A DNA stretch of 64,000 bases from a phage. Below the pieces are notes generated by a model. That model saw nothing but the letters and a program-made list of their open reading frames with translations. It was not told the DNA's origin and made no database searches. A program made the position numbers and the translations under genes. Position 1 is the stretch's first letter; every line of letters begins with the position of its first letter. The stretch lies in the sequence record PV467748.1; one strand, written 5' to 3'. This document shows, piece by piece, positions 41,923 through 51,173 of this stretch.

Positions 41923-41954
41923 CTATAGTATCATGTTTAAAGGCATTGTAAACC
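41923..41954 (-). promoter_or_regulatory. T4-type early promoter (minus)
   Basis: rc reads GTTTACAatgcctttaaacatgaTACTAT. Confidence 0.55.
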
Positions 41955-41962
41955 ATTAAGTG

Positions 41963-41989
41963 CCAAAAAGGGAAGACCGAAGTCTTCCC
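41963..41989 (-). terminator. Intrinsic terminator downstream of gene 32
   Basis: Hairpin gggaagac-UUCG-gucuuccc followed by UUUUU on minus-strand RNA, 17 nt after gene 32 stop. Confidence 0.65.
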
Positions 41990-42005
41990 ATTATAAATCA
42001 ATAAC

Positions 42006-42911
42006 TTATAGACCAGCTAACAAATCGTCCAGGCCGTCGTCATCAGAAGGACTTACTGATGGTTCAGGAGTAGTGGAACGAGTTGGTGTAGACGGTTTGG
42101 AATCATAGGCATCAAGGTCTGCACTGAATGCGTCCAGGTCATCACCAATCTTATCAGCAGCTGCAGAAGCTTTAGCGGCAGCACCACCAAGAGCAGCAGT
42201 ACCAACAACTTTCTTAAACTTGGCTTCGTTAGTTTCGAACGATTTGAACTCGAGCAGTTTAGAAAGGTCGTGCATTTCTTCCATCAATTTGGCTTGGTAA
42301 GCTTCATCATTGATGTTAGGAATTTCAGACTGGCCCATGAATTTGGAATCGTCGTAGTTTTTGAAGTCGCCAACTTTCTTAGATTTCAGTACGAAGTTCG
42401 CACCATCAAACGGACATGTTACGTCAACCGGCACTTCACCGATATCAGTATCAACTTCAACCATCTGGTTGATTTTATCCATAATTTTCTGACCGAAACG
42501 GAATTTAAACACTTTACCTTCGTTAGCAGGCACTGCACTATCCTTAATAACAAGGATGTTAGCCCAGAAGGAAGTTTTACGTTTCATCAGCTTGTATTCG
42601 GCATTATTAGTATTATACGTATCGTTCTGGTTCATGTATTTACATACAGGACAAGAATCGAAATCACCGTGAGTAGACGTACAGTTTTCAATATACCATT
42701 GACCATTTTTCTTAAAGCCGTGGTTAACGAGCTTAATGAATGGAGATGGATTTTCTTCGTTTTTCGAAGGTAGGAAACGAATTACCGCAGTACCAACACC
42801 GTTGTCATCTTTCAATTTCCATTCAGCTTTATCATCGGAAGAGAAAGAAGAACCACCTTTCATTGCAGACAGTTGAGCAGCCAGTTGGGAAGGGTCTTTA
42901 CGTTTAAACAT
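42006..42911 (-). CDS. 32: Single-stranded DNA-binding protein gp32
   Basis: 301 aa (equals T4); MFKRK..., zinc site [14 protein letters not shown], acidic C-terminus [11 protein letters not shown]. Confidence 0.95.
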   Translation of the reverse strand: MFKRKDPSQLAAQLSAMKGGSSFSSDDKAEWKLKDDNGVGTAVIRFLPSKNEENPSPFIKLVNHGFKKNGQWYIENCTSTHGDFDSCPVCKYMNQNDTYNTNNAEYKLMKRKTSFWANILVIKDSAVPANEGKVFKFRFGQKIMDKINQMVEVDTDIGEVPVDVTCPFDGANFVLKSKKVGDFKNYDDSKFMGQSEIPNINDEAYQAKLMEEMHDLSKLLEFKSFETNEAKFKKVVGTAALGGAAAKASAAADKIGDDLDAFSADLDAYDSKPSTPTRSTTPEPSVSPSDDDGLDDLLAGL

Positions 42912-42973
42912 ATTATTTACCTTAGCAGATTTAGCAGTTGTATTTTATTGACAGTTTTTAACAGATTGAGTTA

Positions 42974-43001
42974 GTATATTAACACAGTTGATTTGAAGCA
43001 T
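42974..43001 (-). promoter_or_regulatory. Candidate MotA-dependent middle promoter for gene 32
   Basis: rc reads TGCTTCA (MotA box) then 12 nt then TAATAT. Confidence 0.35.
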
Positions 43002-43654
43002 TAAAACTTGCAAGATTTGATAGTTTCAATGAACAATTTACGAGCTTCTAAATTATCGATTATAAGAATTTTCTTATAAGCATTTAATTTAGTCGAATAC
43101 TTAGACCACACCAAATCGTTGGTCTGTTCATCATGTTTATTTATTATGTCCATAAATGAATCAAGCAAAATAAACGTTTCGAATGAAATAACATTCGATT
43201 GAAGGAGCTTAAAAATATAGCTCGAATTAACTTTTTTATTATAATCAAAAATTTCAGAAAGCGCTTGAACTTCCACTTTCTTACTGAAATAATAGATGTT
43301 TTTGATATCGTCCTCAAAAACTTGTTTTATTCTTTTAAGTCTACCGATATATTCTCGGTAAAAGACTAAGGCGTCAGCATCACTGATGTCGCCAATCCAT
43401 GCGTCTTGGTTAGCCACCAAGTTACTCATGAAGATAAGAGCAAGCTCTTTCAAAGTGTATTTATCACTCAATTTCTCGAAGAAATATTTGTCACGACGTT
43501 TTTGGTAAGCCGTATCAGAGATTCGCATGACCCAGTTATATTTTATAACGTCGTATTTGGCGTTGAAGTGATGTTTGAGCATTAAGTATAGTGAATATAC
43601 GCTCTTACCATTCACCATACGGTTATTGTTTGGTGGCATGCGAATCTTAATCAT
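43001..43654 (-). CDS. 59: gp59 helicase loader
   Basis: 217 aa (equals T4); near-collinear with recalled T4 gp59 (KSVYSLYLMLKHHFNAKYDVIKYNW, ANQDAWIGDISDADALVFYREYIGRLK). Confidence 0.95.
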   Translation of the reverse strand: MIKIRMPPNNNRMVNGKSVYSLYLMLKHHFNAKYDVIKYNWVMRISDTAYQKRRDKYFFEKLSDKYTLKELALIFMSNLVANQDAWIGDISDADALVFYREYIGRLKRIKQVFEDDIKNIYYFSKKVEVQALSEIFDYNKKVNSSYIFKLLQSNVISFETFILLDSFMDIINKHDEQTNDLVWSKYSTKLNAYKKILIIDNLEARKLFIETIKSCKF

Positions 43655-43953
43655 AACAAGAAATCCAGGGTATTAGTTTTTTGCGTTCGTGCCATTGAAG
43701 GACGAAGCAAGTTATCATCAATGGCCTCGTTCATAATTTTATCAATAATTCCTGCAGGCAAATAACGGGCAAAGTTACCTTCAGGGATGCTGTTCTCTTC
43801 CAACCATGCGGTAGCCGCTTCGAGATAGCTACATCCTTCGGCCTCAACAAAGGCCTCAATATCAAGGCCATTCTGTTGTTTATTTACCAATACATGGACG
43901 GGTTCAGAAGCGGTATTAACCGCTCCATCAAAATCATTCAAAGATTGTGTCAT
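43651..43953 (-). CDS. 33: gp33 late transcription co-activator
   Basis: 100 aa; C-terminal clamp-binding-like tail ...NTLDFLL; overlaps gene 59 start. Confidence 0.75.
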   Translation of the reverse strand: MTQSLNDFDGAVNTASEPVHVLVNKQQNGLDIEAFVEAEGCSYLEAATAWLEENSIPEGNFARYLPAGIIDKIMNEAIDDNLLRPSMARTQKTNTLDFLL

Positions 43954-44203
43954 ACAGTTCTACCACTTCAGTTTTTTCGTCTTCGAAACGTTCACGAGTG
44001 CCTTTATGATACAGGGAGAACAGCTGGTTAAACATTTTACCGTCGACACCAAGTTCAGTCTTAGCACGGTCTTTGATATCTTTAATTTCATCGCCATAGG
44101 CTTCCATTTTTAATTTAGTATCGGAAGCAGTTTTAATCAACTGGGCTAGGGTATTACCATGTTCTTCTTGATTGAATTCAACTTTCACTTTTTCTTTAGC
44201 CAT
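43934..44203 (-). CDS. dsbA: DsbA double-stranded DNA-binding protein
   Basis: ORF track begins at a GTG; ATG start (MAKEKVKV...) gives 89 aa as T4 DsbA. Confidence 0.7.
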   Translation of the reverse strand: MAKEKVKVEFNQEEHGNTLAQLIKTASDTKLKMEAYGDEIKDIKDRAKTELGVDGKMFNQLFSLYHKGTRERFEDEKTEVVELYDTIFE

Positions 44204-44213
44204 TATATTCACC

Positions 44214-45161
44214 TTAATAGAAATCAGCTACTGTAGCAGTTAGTTTAGACAAACCAGATTTAACGAAATAAGGATAAACTTTAGATTTCGAAGGTTTGTT
44301 ATACGTATTATATCTTTCAGTAATTAAAGCAACAATATCATCTGGAATAAAGTCCATATCAATTAAGATTTGGTTTTCACAGAAACGTTCATATTGTTCC
44401 TCAGTAAGAAGTGTTTTAATTATATCATGGTCATAATAATTCAGAGCAATTGCTTCAAGTTCCTTGGCACGAGTGCTAGGAGTACGTTCGCCTTCAACCA
44501 TAGTCAACCAATAATCACCACGAACTTTAATACTCGCAACGTTATCCTTGCGGTCGCCTTTAACAACCTTAGTCACGCAATCAAGCAGAGCATCGCCAGA
44601 TTTTGTTTTGACGAATTTTTTCTGCATTGGAGACCATTGTTTTACACCAGGGAATTTATGAAGTTGGGTAAAGTCACCATCCGAAGAACCGATCATAACA
44701 GGATGACCTAAAGCCGTAAGGATACGAGTCAATACAGCAATATGGTCATCAGCCTCGATTGTATCGATATTCATAACAATATAAGGCATATTATGTTCAA
44801 GCTCATCAACAATAATATGCATTGCCGTAAATAAGCCTTCCCAATCAAATGGTGATTCGTCACGAGCCTTAGCACGGTTTTTCTTATAATAAGAAGAATA
44901 ACGACGACGCCAATAACCTGATTTAGAGTTATCAACACAAATGATTAGTTGGTTGTAACCTTGTTTTTTAAAGTCTTTAATATTTTTCTTAATCGAATTC
45001 AGCACGAGGTGTCGAAGCATTGCTGTAGTTACTTTAGGAAATCCAGCGTTTTCACCAAATTCTTGGAAGGCTGCAGCCATAATGATTTGGCTGAAATCTA
45101 GGAGTAAAAACCCGTCTTTTTGTTGGTCTTCTTCAGGAAGTAAAAAATCTAAATCGTTCAT
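44214..45161 (-). CDS. rnh: RNase H (5'-3' exonuclease, FEN family)
   Basis: ORF track 44214..45194; Met12 start after GAGG RBS gives 315 aa; collinear with recalled T4 RNase H (GYWRR, YKKNR, DTIEADDHIAVL, SSDGDFTQLHK, VKQWSPMQKK). Confidence 0.9.
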   Translation of the reverse strand: MNDLDFLLPEEDQQKDGFLLLDFSQIIMAAAFQEFGENAGFPKVTTAMLRHLVLNSIKKNIKDFKKQGYNQLIICVDNSKSGYWRRRYSSYYKKNRAKARDESPFDWEGLFTAMHIIVDELEHNMPYIVMNIDTIEADDHIAVLTRILTALGHPVMIGSSDGDFTQLHKFPGVKQWSPMQKKFVKTKSGDALLDCVTKVVKGDRKDNVASIKVRGDYWLTMVEGERTPSTRAKELEAIALNYYDHDIIKTLLTEEQYERFCENQILIDMDFIPDDIVALITERYNTYNKPSKSKVYPYFVKSGLSKLTATVADFY

Positions 45162-45228
45162 ATGAACCTCTGTCCAATTAGTGTAGAGGTTCATTATATC
45201 ATGACCCTAGAAGAAGTAAACACTTTGC

Positions 45229-45236
45229 TATAAATA
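45229..45236 (+). promoter_or_regulatory. T4 late promoter TATAAATA upstream of gene 34
   Basis: Exact TATAAATA about 33 nt upstream of gene 34 ATG. Confidence 0.6.
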
Positions 45237-45268
45237 GTTCTATACCCTGAAAACGAAAAGGAAATAAA

Positions 45269-48200
45269 ATGGCCGATATTTTAAAACCTGCATTCCGTGC
45301 TACATCCGGACTCGATGCTGCGGGCGAGAAAGTTATCAATGTTGCCAAAGCCGATTACAATGTATTAGATGATGGCGTCAACGTTGAATTCTTTATAGAT
45401 GAGAACACCATCCAGGCGTACGACGAGACGCGCGGATATAAGAAAGGGTTTGCAGTAATCCATGACCAACGTATCTGGGTTGCTCAACGTGATATCGATG
45501 CTCCAGCAGGAACCTTTGTACCTGGTTATTGGACTGCTACCCGTACTGACCCTAAATGGATTACTGTAGCATCTCCTACACGCCAGCTGGCTTCCGGTGA
45601 ATATATTGCTGTGGATTCCGCTGCTAGCTTTACCACATTTACCCTGCCTCCTAACCCTACTGATGGCGATACCGTTGTAATTAAAGATATCGGCGGTCGT
45701 GTAGGTTATAATGAAATCAAGGTCCAATCTAGTTCTGCTCCAGGTGGTGGTAATCAGAAAATTGTCCGTTTTGGTAACCAGTTCACTGAGACCTTAATTA
45801 CGAAGCCTTTTTCCTATAATATGATTATCTTTGCCAACCGTCTTTGGCATTTCTGGGAATCAGGTAATGAAGAACGTGGTATCCGTGTAGAACCTAACAC
45901 CGCTCAGTTCCAAGCTCAAGCAGGCGATAATGTTCTCCGTCGTTATACTTCAGGTGCAGTAATTAAGTTTACTCTTCCTAAGTATGCGAACCAAGGTGAT
46001 ATTATTAAAACCGCTGATATCGATGGTTTAGGAAGTAAGTTCCACTTAATTGTTGAAACGTTTGATGCTTCATCTTCATTAGGTAAGCTTGGTCAGCATA
46101 GCATGGAATTCCGTACCTCCGGCGATGGATTCTTTGTTTATAACTCTACCGAAAAATTATGGTACGTTTGGGACGGCGACCTTAAAACCCGTTTACGTGT
46201 AATTCGCGATGATGTTGAGCTCTTGGCTAACGAAAGTGTTATTGTTTTTGGCCCTAATAATACAACACCACAGACGATTAATATCACATTACCTACAGGC
46301 GTAGCCCAGGGTGATGTCGTTAAGATTGCTCTGAACTATCTCCGTAAAGCTCAGACGGTAAATATTAAGGCTGCCGTAGGAGATAAAATAGCTTCTTCGG
46401 TTCAATTGCTCCAGTTCCCTAAACGTTCTGAATATCCGCCAGATACTGAATGGGTTCTGAATGACGTATTGACCTTCAATGGCAACTTAAGTTATACTCC
46501 GGTTATTGAACTTAGCTATATAGAAGACACCGCTACAGGTGGCAAATATTGGGTTGTTGCTCAGAACGTTCCTACTATAGAACGTGTGGATTCTAAGGAC
46601 GATTTAACCCGTGCTCGCCTCGGTGTTATTGCTCTGGCGTCACAAACGCAAGCAAACGTCGACCATGAAAATAATCCTGAAAAAGAACTTGCAATTACTC
46701 CACAGACTTTAGCTAATCGTGTAGCGACTGAATCTCGTCGTGGTATTGCTCGTATTGCTACTACTGCTCAGGTGAACCAGGATACAACCTTCGCATTCCA
46801 GGACGATTTAATTATTTCTCCTAAGAAATTAAACGAACGTACTGCAACCGAAACTCGTCGTGGTGTTGCTGAAATTGCTACGCAAGTTGAAACTGATGCC
46901 GGCATAGATGATACCACAATCATCACTCCTAAGAAGCTACAAGCGCGCCAGGGTTCGGAAAGTCTTTCAGGTATTGTAACATATACCTCTACCGTAGGAA
47001 CCACTCCTGCGACTGCTAGAGACACTGTAGGTACTAACGTTTATAATAAGAACGTAGGCAATTTGGTTATTTCTCCTAAAGCACTTGACCAGTATAAAGC
47101 TACTCAAGTTCAACAGGGTACAGTATATCTTTCTAACCAATCCGAAGTTAACGCAGGTCAATCTGCAAGTGGATTTGCTAACAGTGCTGTTTCTCCTGAA
47201 ACATTACATGCTCGTGTGGCTCTTGATACTCGTACAGGGTTAATTGAAATTGCTACGCAACAGGAAACTGATACCGGAACAGATTATACTCGTGCAGTAA
47301 CGCCTAAAACGTTAAATGATAGGAAAGCTACGGAAGGATTGACTGGTATTGCTAGAATTGCAACACAGGTAGAATTTGATGCAGGTACGTTAGATAATGT
47401 TATTTCAACTCCGTTGAAAATTAAAACAAGATTTAATGATACTGCTAGAACTTCTGTCTCAGCAGCCAGTGGTTTGGTTGAATCAGGAACCTTATGGAAC
47501 CATTATACACTAGATATTAGAGAAGCAAATGAGACTCAACGTGGTACTGCTCGCCTGGCGACCCAGACCGAAGTCAACGTTGGTACCGATGATAAAACCA
47601 TCATCACTCCTTTGAAATTACACTCTAAAAAATCTACTGAAAGCTCTGAAGGTATTATTCGTGTTGCAACGAATACCGAAACAACCGCAGGAACTTCTAA
47701 AGTTTTGGCTGTAAGCCCTTCTGGTTTAAAATATGTAGTACAGACCGAAACCACTTGGGAAGCTACTGCACTTCGTCGTGGATTTGTTAAACTAACCGAA
47801 GGTGCTTTAACCCATTCAGGAAATAAAGTTACCGGTTCCGGTGTTAAATTTAACTCAGGTACAGGCCTTTATGAGAACGATGATACTGTTCTGAACGCAG
47901 CGAACTATCCTAAAACGGGTTATGCGGTTTCATCTTACGAGATGAATAAAACCTTACAGAACTTTTTACCTATAAATGCTACGGCTGTGAACTCCGAGAA
48001 ATTAGATGGCCTAGATTCACTCCAGTTCATTCGTAGAGACGTCGACCAAACGGTTAATGGTTCTTTAACCCTGGCCAAACAATTGAACCTGGCGGCTCCT
48101 CTGGTGTCTTCTAGTACTGCTAATATTACCGGCAACACTATTTTAGGTTCTCTGGAAGTAACCGGGAATTCTACTTTTAAAAATGATGTATCTGTTAGCT

Positions 48201-49312
48201 CAGGTAAATCTATTAAATTTGTAGGACCCCAGTCTGGCGCAGGTTCTTGGGATTCTCAGGCAACTAATTTTGCACCTATTTTCTCTGAGATAAATTCTAC
48301 TGTTGATGCTAGTTATCACCCTATTGTTAAGCAACGACTAGGGCAAGGTACTTTCTCTTTAGGTACTTTAAATGACGGCTCCGGCGATTTTAAAATCCAT
48401 CATATCAGCGGTGCTTTAAAATCTTCCTACTGGACCTTTAATACGACTGGTGACTTTGCTGTTAATAGTGGTTCCATTAGTATTTCTAAGAATGCTAATA
48501 TCACAGGTATAACCACTTCTAACGGTGTTTCTACAACCACACTAAATGCTTCTGCTCTGTCTTCATTACAAAACGTAACTACTTCAGGTACTATCGTTTC
48601 TACCGGACAGGTATCGGCAAATAATGGTTTGGTTGCTCAAAAATACGTTCGTTCTGTTGGTGTTAAACCTACATTAGCATCCCAGGCCCCTACTGCAGAA
48701 ACAGTTGGCTTCTGGTCTGTTGATATCAATGATTCGGCTACATTTAACCTGTTCCCTGGTTATTGGACGATGAAAACTAAACGCCAGGTTAATATCGATA
48801 CGGTCCAAACTAAACCTGCCGGTGTTTCTGATGAGATATGGAATGCTTCTGGTTGGTTGACAGAAACGGGTGCATTTAGTTCCCCGGCCATTCGTTATCG
48901 TAACGAAGACGGTAGTTTTGGTGACGAGGTTCTCGGTACATCAGGTCAGAAATTACGTGGTACTTGGTTTGATTATTCTGTTCGTGATAAGGAAGTTAAA
49001 TATCCTGGTACGTTAACTCAGTTTGGTAATACTCTGGATTCATGTTATCAGGATTGGGTGTGCTATCCTACAGGATTGAATGGCGGTACTATTCGTTATA
49101 CTCGCACCTGGCAGAAGAATAAAAACGCATGGACTACGTTCTCTATGGTCTATACCGCAGATAACCCTCCTTCTGCGGAAGAGGTTGGTGCATTACCTGC
49201 TGATAACGCTACAATGGGTAACATTACAATCCTTGATTGGTTACGTATTGGTAACGTTCGTATTATTCCTGACCCGGTCACTAAATCCGTTAAGTTTGAG
49301 TGGATTGAATAA
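45269..49312 (+). CDS. 34: Long tail fibre proximal subunit gp34
   Basis: 1347 aa; long collinear similarity to recalled T4 gp34 (KIASSVQLLQFPKRSEYPP, TATETRRGIARIATTAQVNQ, FGNTLDSCYQDW, C-term DPV.KSVKFEWIE). Confidence 0.95.
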   Translation: MADILKPAFRATSGLDAAGEKVINVAKADYNVLDDGVNVEFFIDENTIQAYDETRGYKKGFAVIHDQRIWVAQRDIDAPAGTFVPGYWTATRTDPKWITVASPTRQLASGEYIAVDSAASFTTFTLPPNPTDGDTVVIKDIGGRVGYNEIKVQSSSAPGGGNQKIVRFGNQFTETLITKPFSYNMIIFANRLWHFWESGNEERGIRVEPNTAQFQAQAGDNVLRRYTSGAVIKFTLPKYANQGDIIKTADIDGLGSKFHLIVETFDASSSLGKLGQHSMEFRTSGDGFFVYNSTEKLWYVWDGDLKTRLRVIRDDVELLANESVIVFGPNNTTPQTINITLPTGVAQGDVVKIALNYLRKAQTVNIKAAVGDKIASSVQLLQFPKRSEYPPDTEWVLNDVLTFNGNLSYTPVIELSYIEDTATGGKYWVVAQNVPTIERVDSKDDLTRARLGVIALASQTQANVDHENNPEKELAITPQTLANRVATESRRGIARIATTAQVNQDTTFAFQDDLIISPKKLNERTATETRRGVAEIATQVETDAGIDDTTIITPKKLQARQGSESLSGIVTYTSTVGTTPATARDTVGTNVYNKNVGNLVISPKALDQYKATQVQQGTVYLSNQSEVNAGQSASGFANSAVSPETLHARVALDTRTGLIEIATQQETDTGTDYTRAVTPKTLNDRKATEGLTGIARIATQVEFDAGTLDNVISTPLKIKTRFNDTARTSVSAASGLVESGTLWNHYTLDIREANETQRGTARLATQTEVNVGTDDKTIITPLKLHSKKSTESSEGIIRVATNTETTAGTSKVLAVSPSGLKYVVQTETTWEATALRRGFVKLTEGALTHSGNKVTGSGVKFNSGTGLYENDDTVLNAANYPKTGYAVSSYEMNKTLQNFLPINATAVNSEKLDGLDSLQFIRRDVDQTVNGSLTLAKQLNLAAPLVSSSTANITGNTILGSLEVTGNSTFKNDVSVSSGKSIKFVGPQSGAGSWDSQATNFAPIFSEINSTVDASYHPIVKQRLGQGTFSLGTLNDGSGDFKIHHISGALKSSYWTFNTTGDFAVNSGSISISKNANITGITTSNGVSTTTLNASALSSLQNVTTSGTIVSTGQVSANNGLVAQKYVRSVGVKPTLASQAPTAETVGFWSVDINDSATFNLFPGYWTMKTKRQVNIDTVQTKPAGVSDEIWNASGWLTETGAFSSPAIRYRNEDGSFGDEVLGTSGQKLRGTWFDYSVRDKEVKYPGTLTQFGNTLDSCYQDWVCYPTGLNGGTIRYTRTWQKNKNAWTTFSMVYTADNPPSAEEVGALPADNATMGNITILDWLRIGNVRIIPDPVTKSVKFEWIE

Positions 49313-49320
49313 GAGGTATT

Positions 49321-50442
49321 ATGGAAAGATTTATGGCAGAATTTGGACAAGGATATGTCCAGGTTCCTACATTATCTGAAAACAATGCTGTAAGGTATAA
49401 ACTTAGTATAGCTGGTAGTTGTACTAAGTCTACCACAAAAGCATATGTTAAATTTCAAGATGGGAACTTCGGTTCCCAGAATTTTCAAAATGGATTAAAC
49501 CTTATAGAAATCGATGTTAGTGCCGAACCTAAAATCGTTGCTAACAAAACTTATAGTTTTACAAAAGATTTTGATGTTATTTCTGAAGCTTTTATAACGT
49601 ATATAAACTCTATACCAGCCAATAGAATAGTTTGTTTAGTATCTTCCGGTAGATTAAATGCTTCACAAAAACTTATCGATTGGTTCCGTGCAGCAGGAAG
49701 TACTGCATTTCCATCTAAATGGCTAATAGACCGCTTCGAGCCGTCTTATTCAGCGTTTTATGTTTCAGGAAGGAATGCTATAGTAATGGAACATGTGCTT
49801 TATAATGATGGGGTATTGGTCGAAGATGTTTCTACCCCATTAGAAGTCGTTTTTGACGACATCAGTGATGTCGGTGGTACAGGATATCCTGTCAGAATTG
49901 TTGAAGACGAAAGCACTTATCTAAGCAATGATGGAGATGAAATTAAGCGATTTCCTACCGAATCTCCTACTACCCCATTAACAGATTATAATATGAAACC
50001 AGGTGAATTCTTTTACCTTAAGTTTCAATTAATGTGCGACCAGGCTTTAAAAGACGTCGGGACTTCTCAGATGTCTGTTAGATTTTTTAATGCCTCAGGT
50101 GCTTTAACTGGGACAGTTAATATGGACGTTCCTTCCAACGTTCCTGCCGGTGCATGGATGACATTTGAACGGGTAGTAATGGTTCCTGAAGGTACTACAG
50201 ACTTTACCCTTTATGCCAGAAAAACAGCTTCGGCTGGCCAAGGTGGAGTTCGAAATGTTATGTTCGGTGAGATATCTGAATCAGAACCTCAGCCAAAACC
50301 TGCCGAATTTGGTGTTAACGGTATTCGTATGAACTTTGGTACAGAAACTAAAAATATGGGTACTACCATAGCCCAGCTATATGATAAAACAGGCACTAAA
50401 CCTGGACAGGTTTGGGTCGCCGAATTTAGAGAAAAATATTAA
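49321..50442 (+). CDS. 35: Long tail fibre hinge protein gp35
   Basis: 373 aa (T4 372 aa); position. Confidence 0.8.
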   Translation: MERFMAEFGQGYVQVPTLSENNAVRYKLSIAGSCTKSTTKAYVKFQDGNFGSQNFQNGLNLIEIDVSAEPKIVANKTYSFTKDFDVISEAFITYINSIPANRIVCLVSSGRLNASQKLIDWFRAAGSTAFPSKWLIDRFEPSYSAFYVSGRNAIVMEHVLYNDGVLVEDVSTPLEVVFDDISDVGGTGYPVRIVEDESTYLSNDGDEIKRFPTESPTTPLTDYNMKPGEFFYLKFQLMCDQALKDVGTSQMSVRFFNASGALTGTVNMDVPSNVPAGAWMTFERVVMVPEGTTDFTLYARKTASAGQGGVRNVMFGEISESEPQPKPAEFGVNGIRMNFGTETKNMGTTIAQLYDKTGTKPGQVWVAEFREKY

Positions 50443-50464
50443 GGAACCTTCGGGTTCCTTTTTC
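50443..50464 (+). terminator. Intrinsic terminator after gene 35
   Basis: Hairpin ggaacc-ttcg-ggttcc followed by TTTTTCGTTTTC. Confidence 0.6.
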
Positions 50465-50517
50465 GTTTTCTACAGCCATAAATATATAAAAGGCTATAAC
50501 TCCCAAAGGAAACTCAA

Positions 50518-51165
50518 ATGGCAGATTTAAAATTAGGTTCTACAGCAGGAGGTTCGGTATTATGGCACCAAGGTAATTTCCCCTTAACGCCTGTATCAAA
50601 TGACCTTCTTTACAAAACATATAAGGTTTATACCGAGTATAATAAACCACAAGCAGCTGATAATGATTTCGTTTCAAAAGCTAACGGTGGTAATTATAAG
50701 AATACCGTGTATTTTGAAAAAGGTTTGACCTTTAATGATACTAATGGATATGGTATTAAATTAGGAGCAAGAACTGGCGGAGCACCGTTCACAGCTTCTT
50801 TCCGTATTAAAGGCGCTTTTGGATATGAAACGGAAGATGGTACACCGTTCGTTATATTTGACCCGAATACGGCAGTTGGTGCTAAACGCCTCACAGTAAT
50901 GGGTGATTCATTATTCCGCCAAGTATATGATGAATCAGGTCGTGTATTCAGCCCCGGCAACACCCCTACTAAAGCTCAAGTTGGATTGTCATTAGTAGAT
51001 AACGCAAAACAGGTCCAAATAAATAATACTAATATGCAAACAATGACTGGGGTACTTGCGGCTCCTAACTTCATTTCATTAAATCCGGCCTCTGACGCAG
51101 GACATGTTCCGCGTTTCGACCAGATTGTTATTAAAGATTCTATCCAAGATTTTGGTTATTATTAA
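50518..51165 (+). CDS. 36: Long tail fibre distal connector gp36
   Basis: 215 aa (T4 221 aa); CATAAATA late-promoter variant near 50477. Confidence 0.8.
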   Translation: MADLKLGSTAGGSVLWHQGNFPLTPVSNDLLYKTYKVYTEYNKPQAADNDFVSKANGGNYKNTVYFEKGLTFNDTNGYGIKLGARTGGAPFTASFRIKGAFGYETEDGTPFVIFDPNTAVGAKRLTVMGDSLFRQVYDESGRVFSPGNTPTKAQVGLSLVDNAKQVQINNTNMQTMTGVLAAPNFISLNPASDAGHVPRFDQIVIKDSIQDFGYY

Positions 51166-51173
51166 GAGGCATT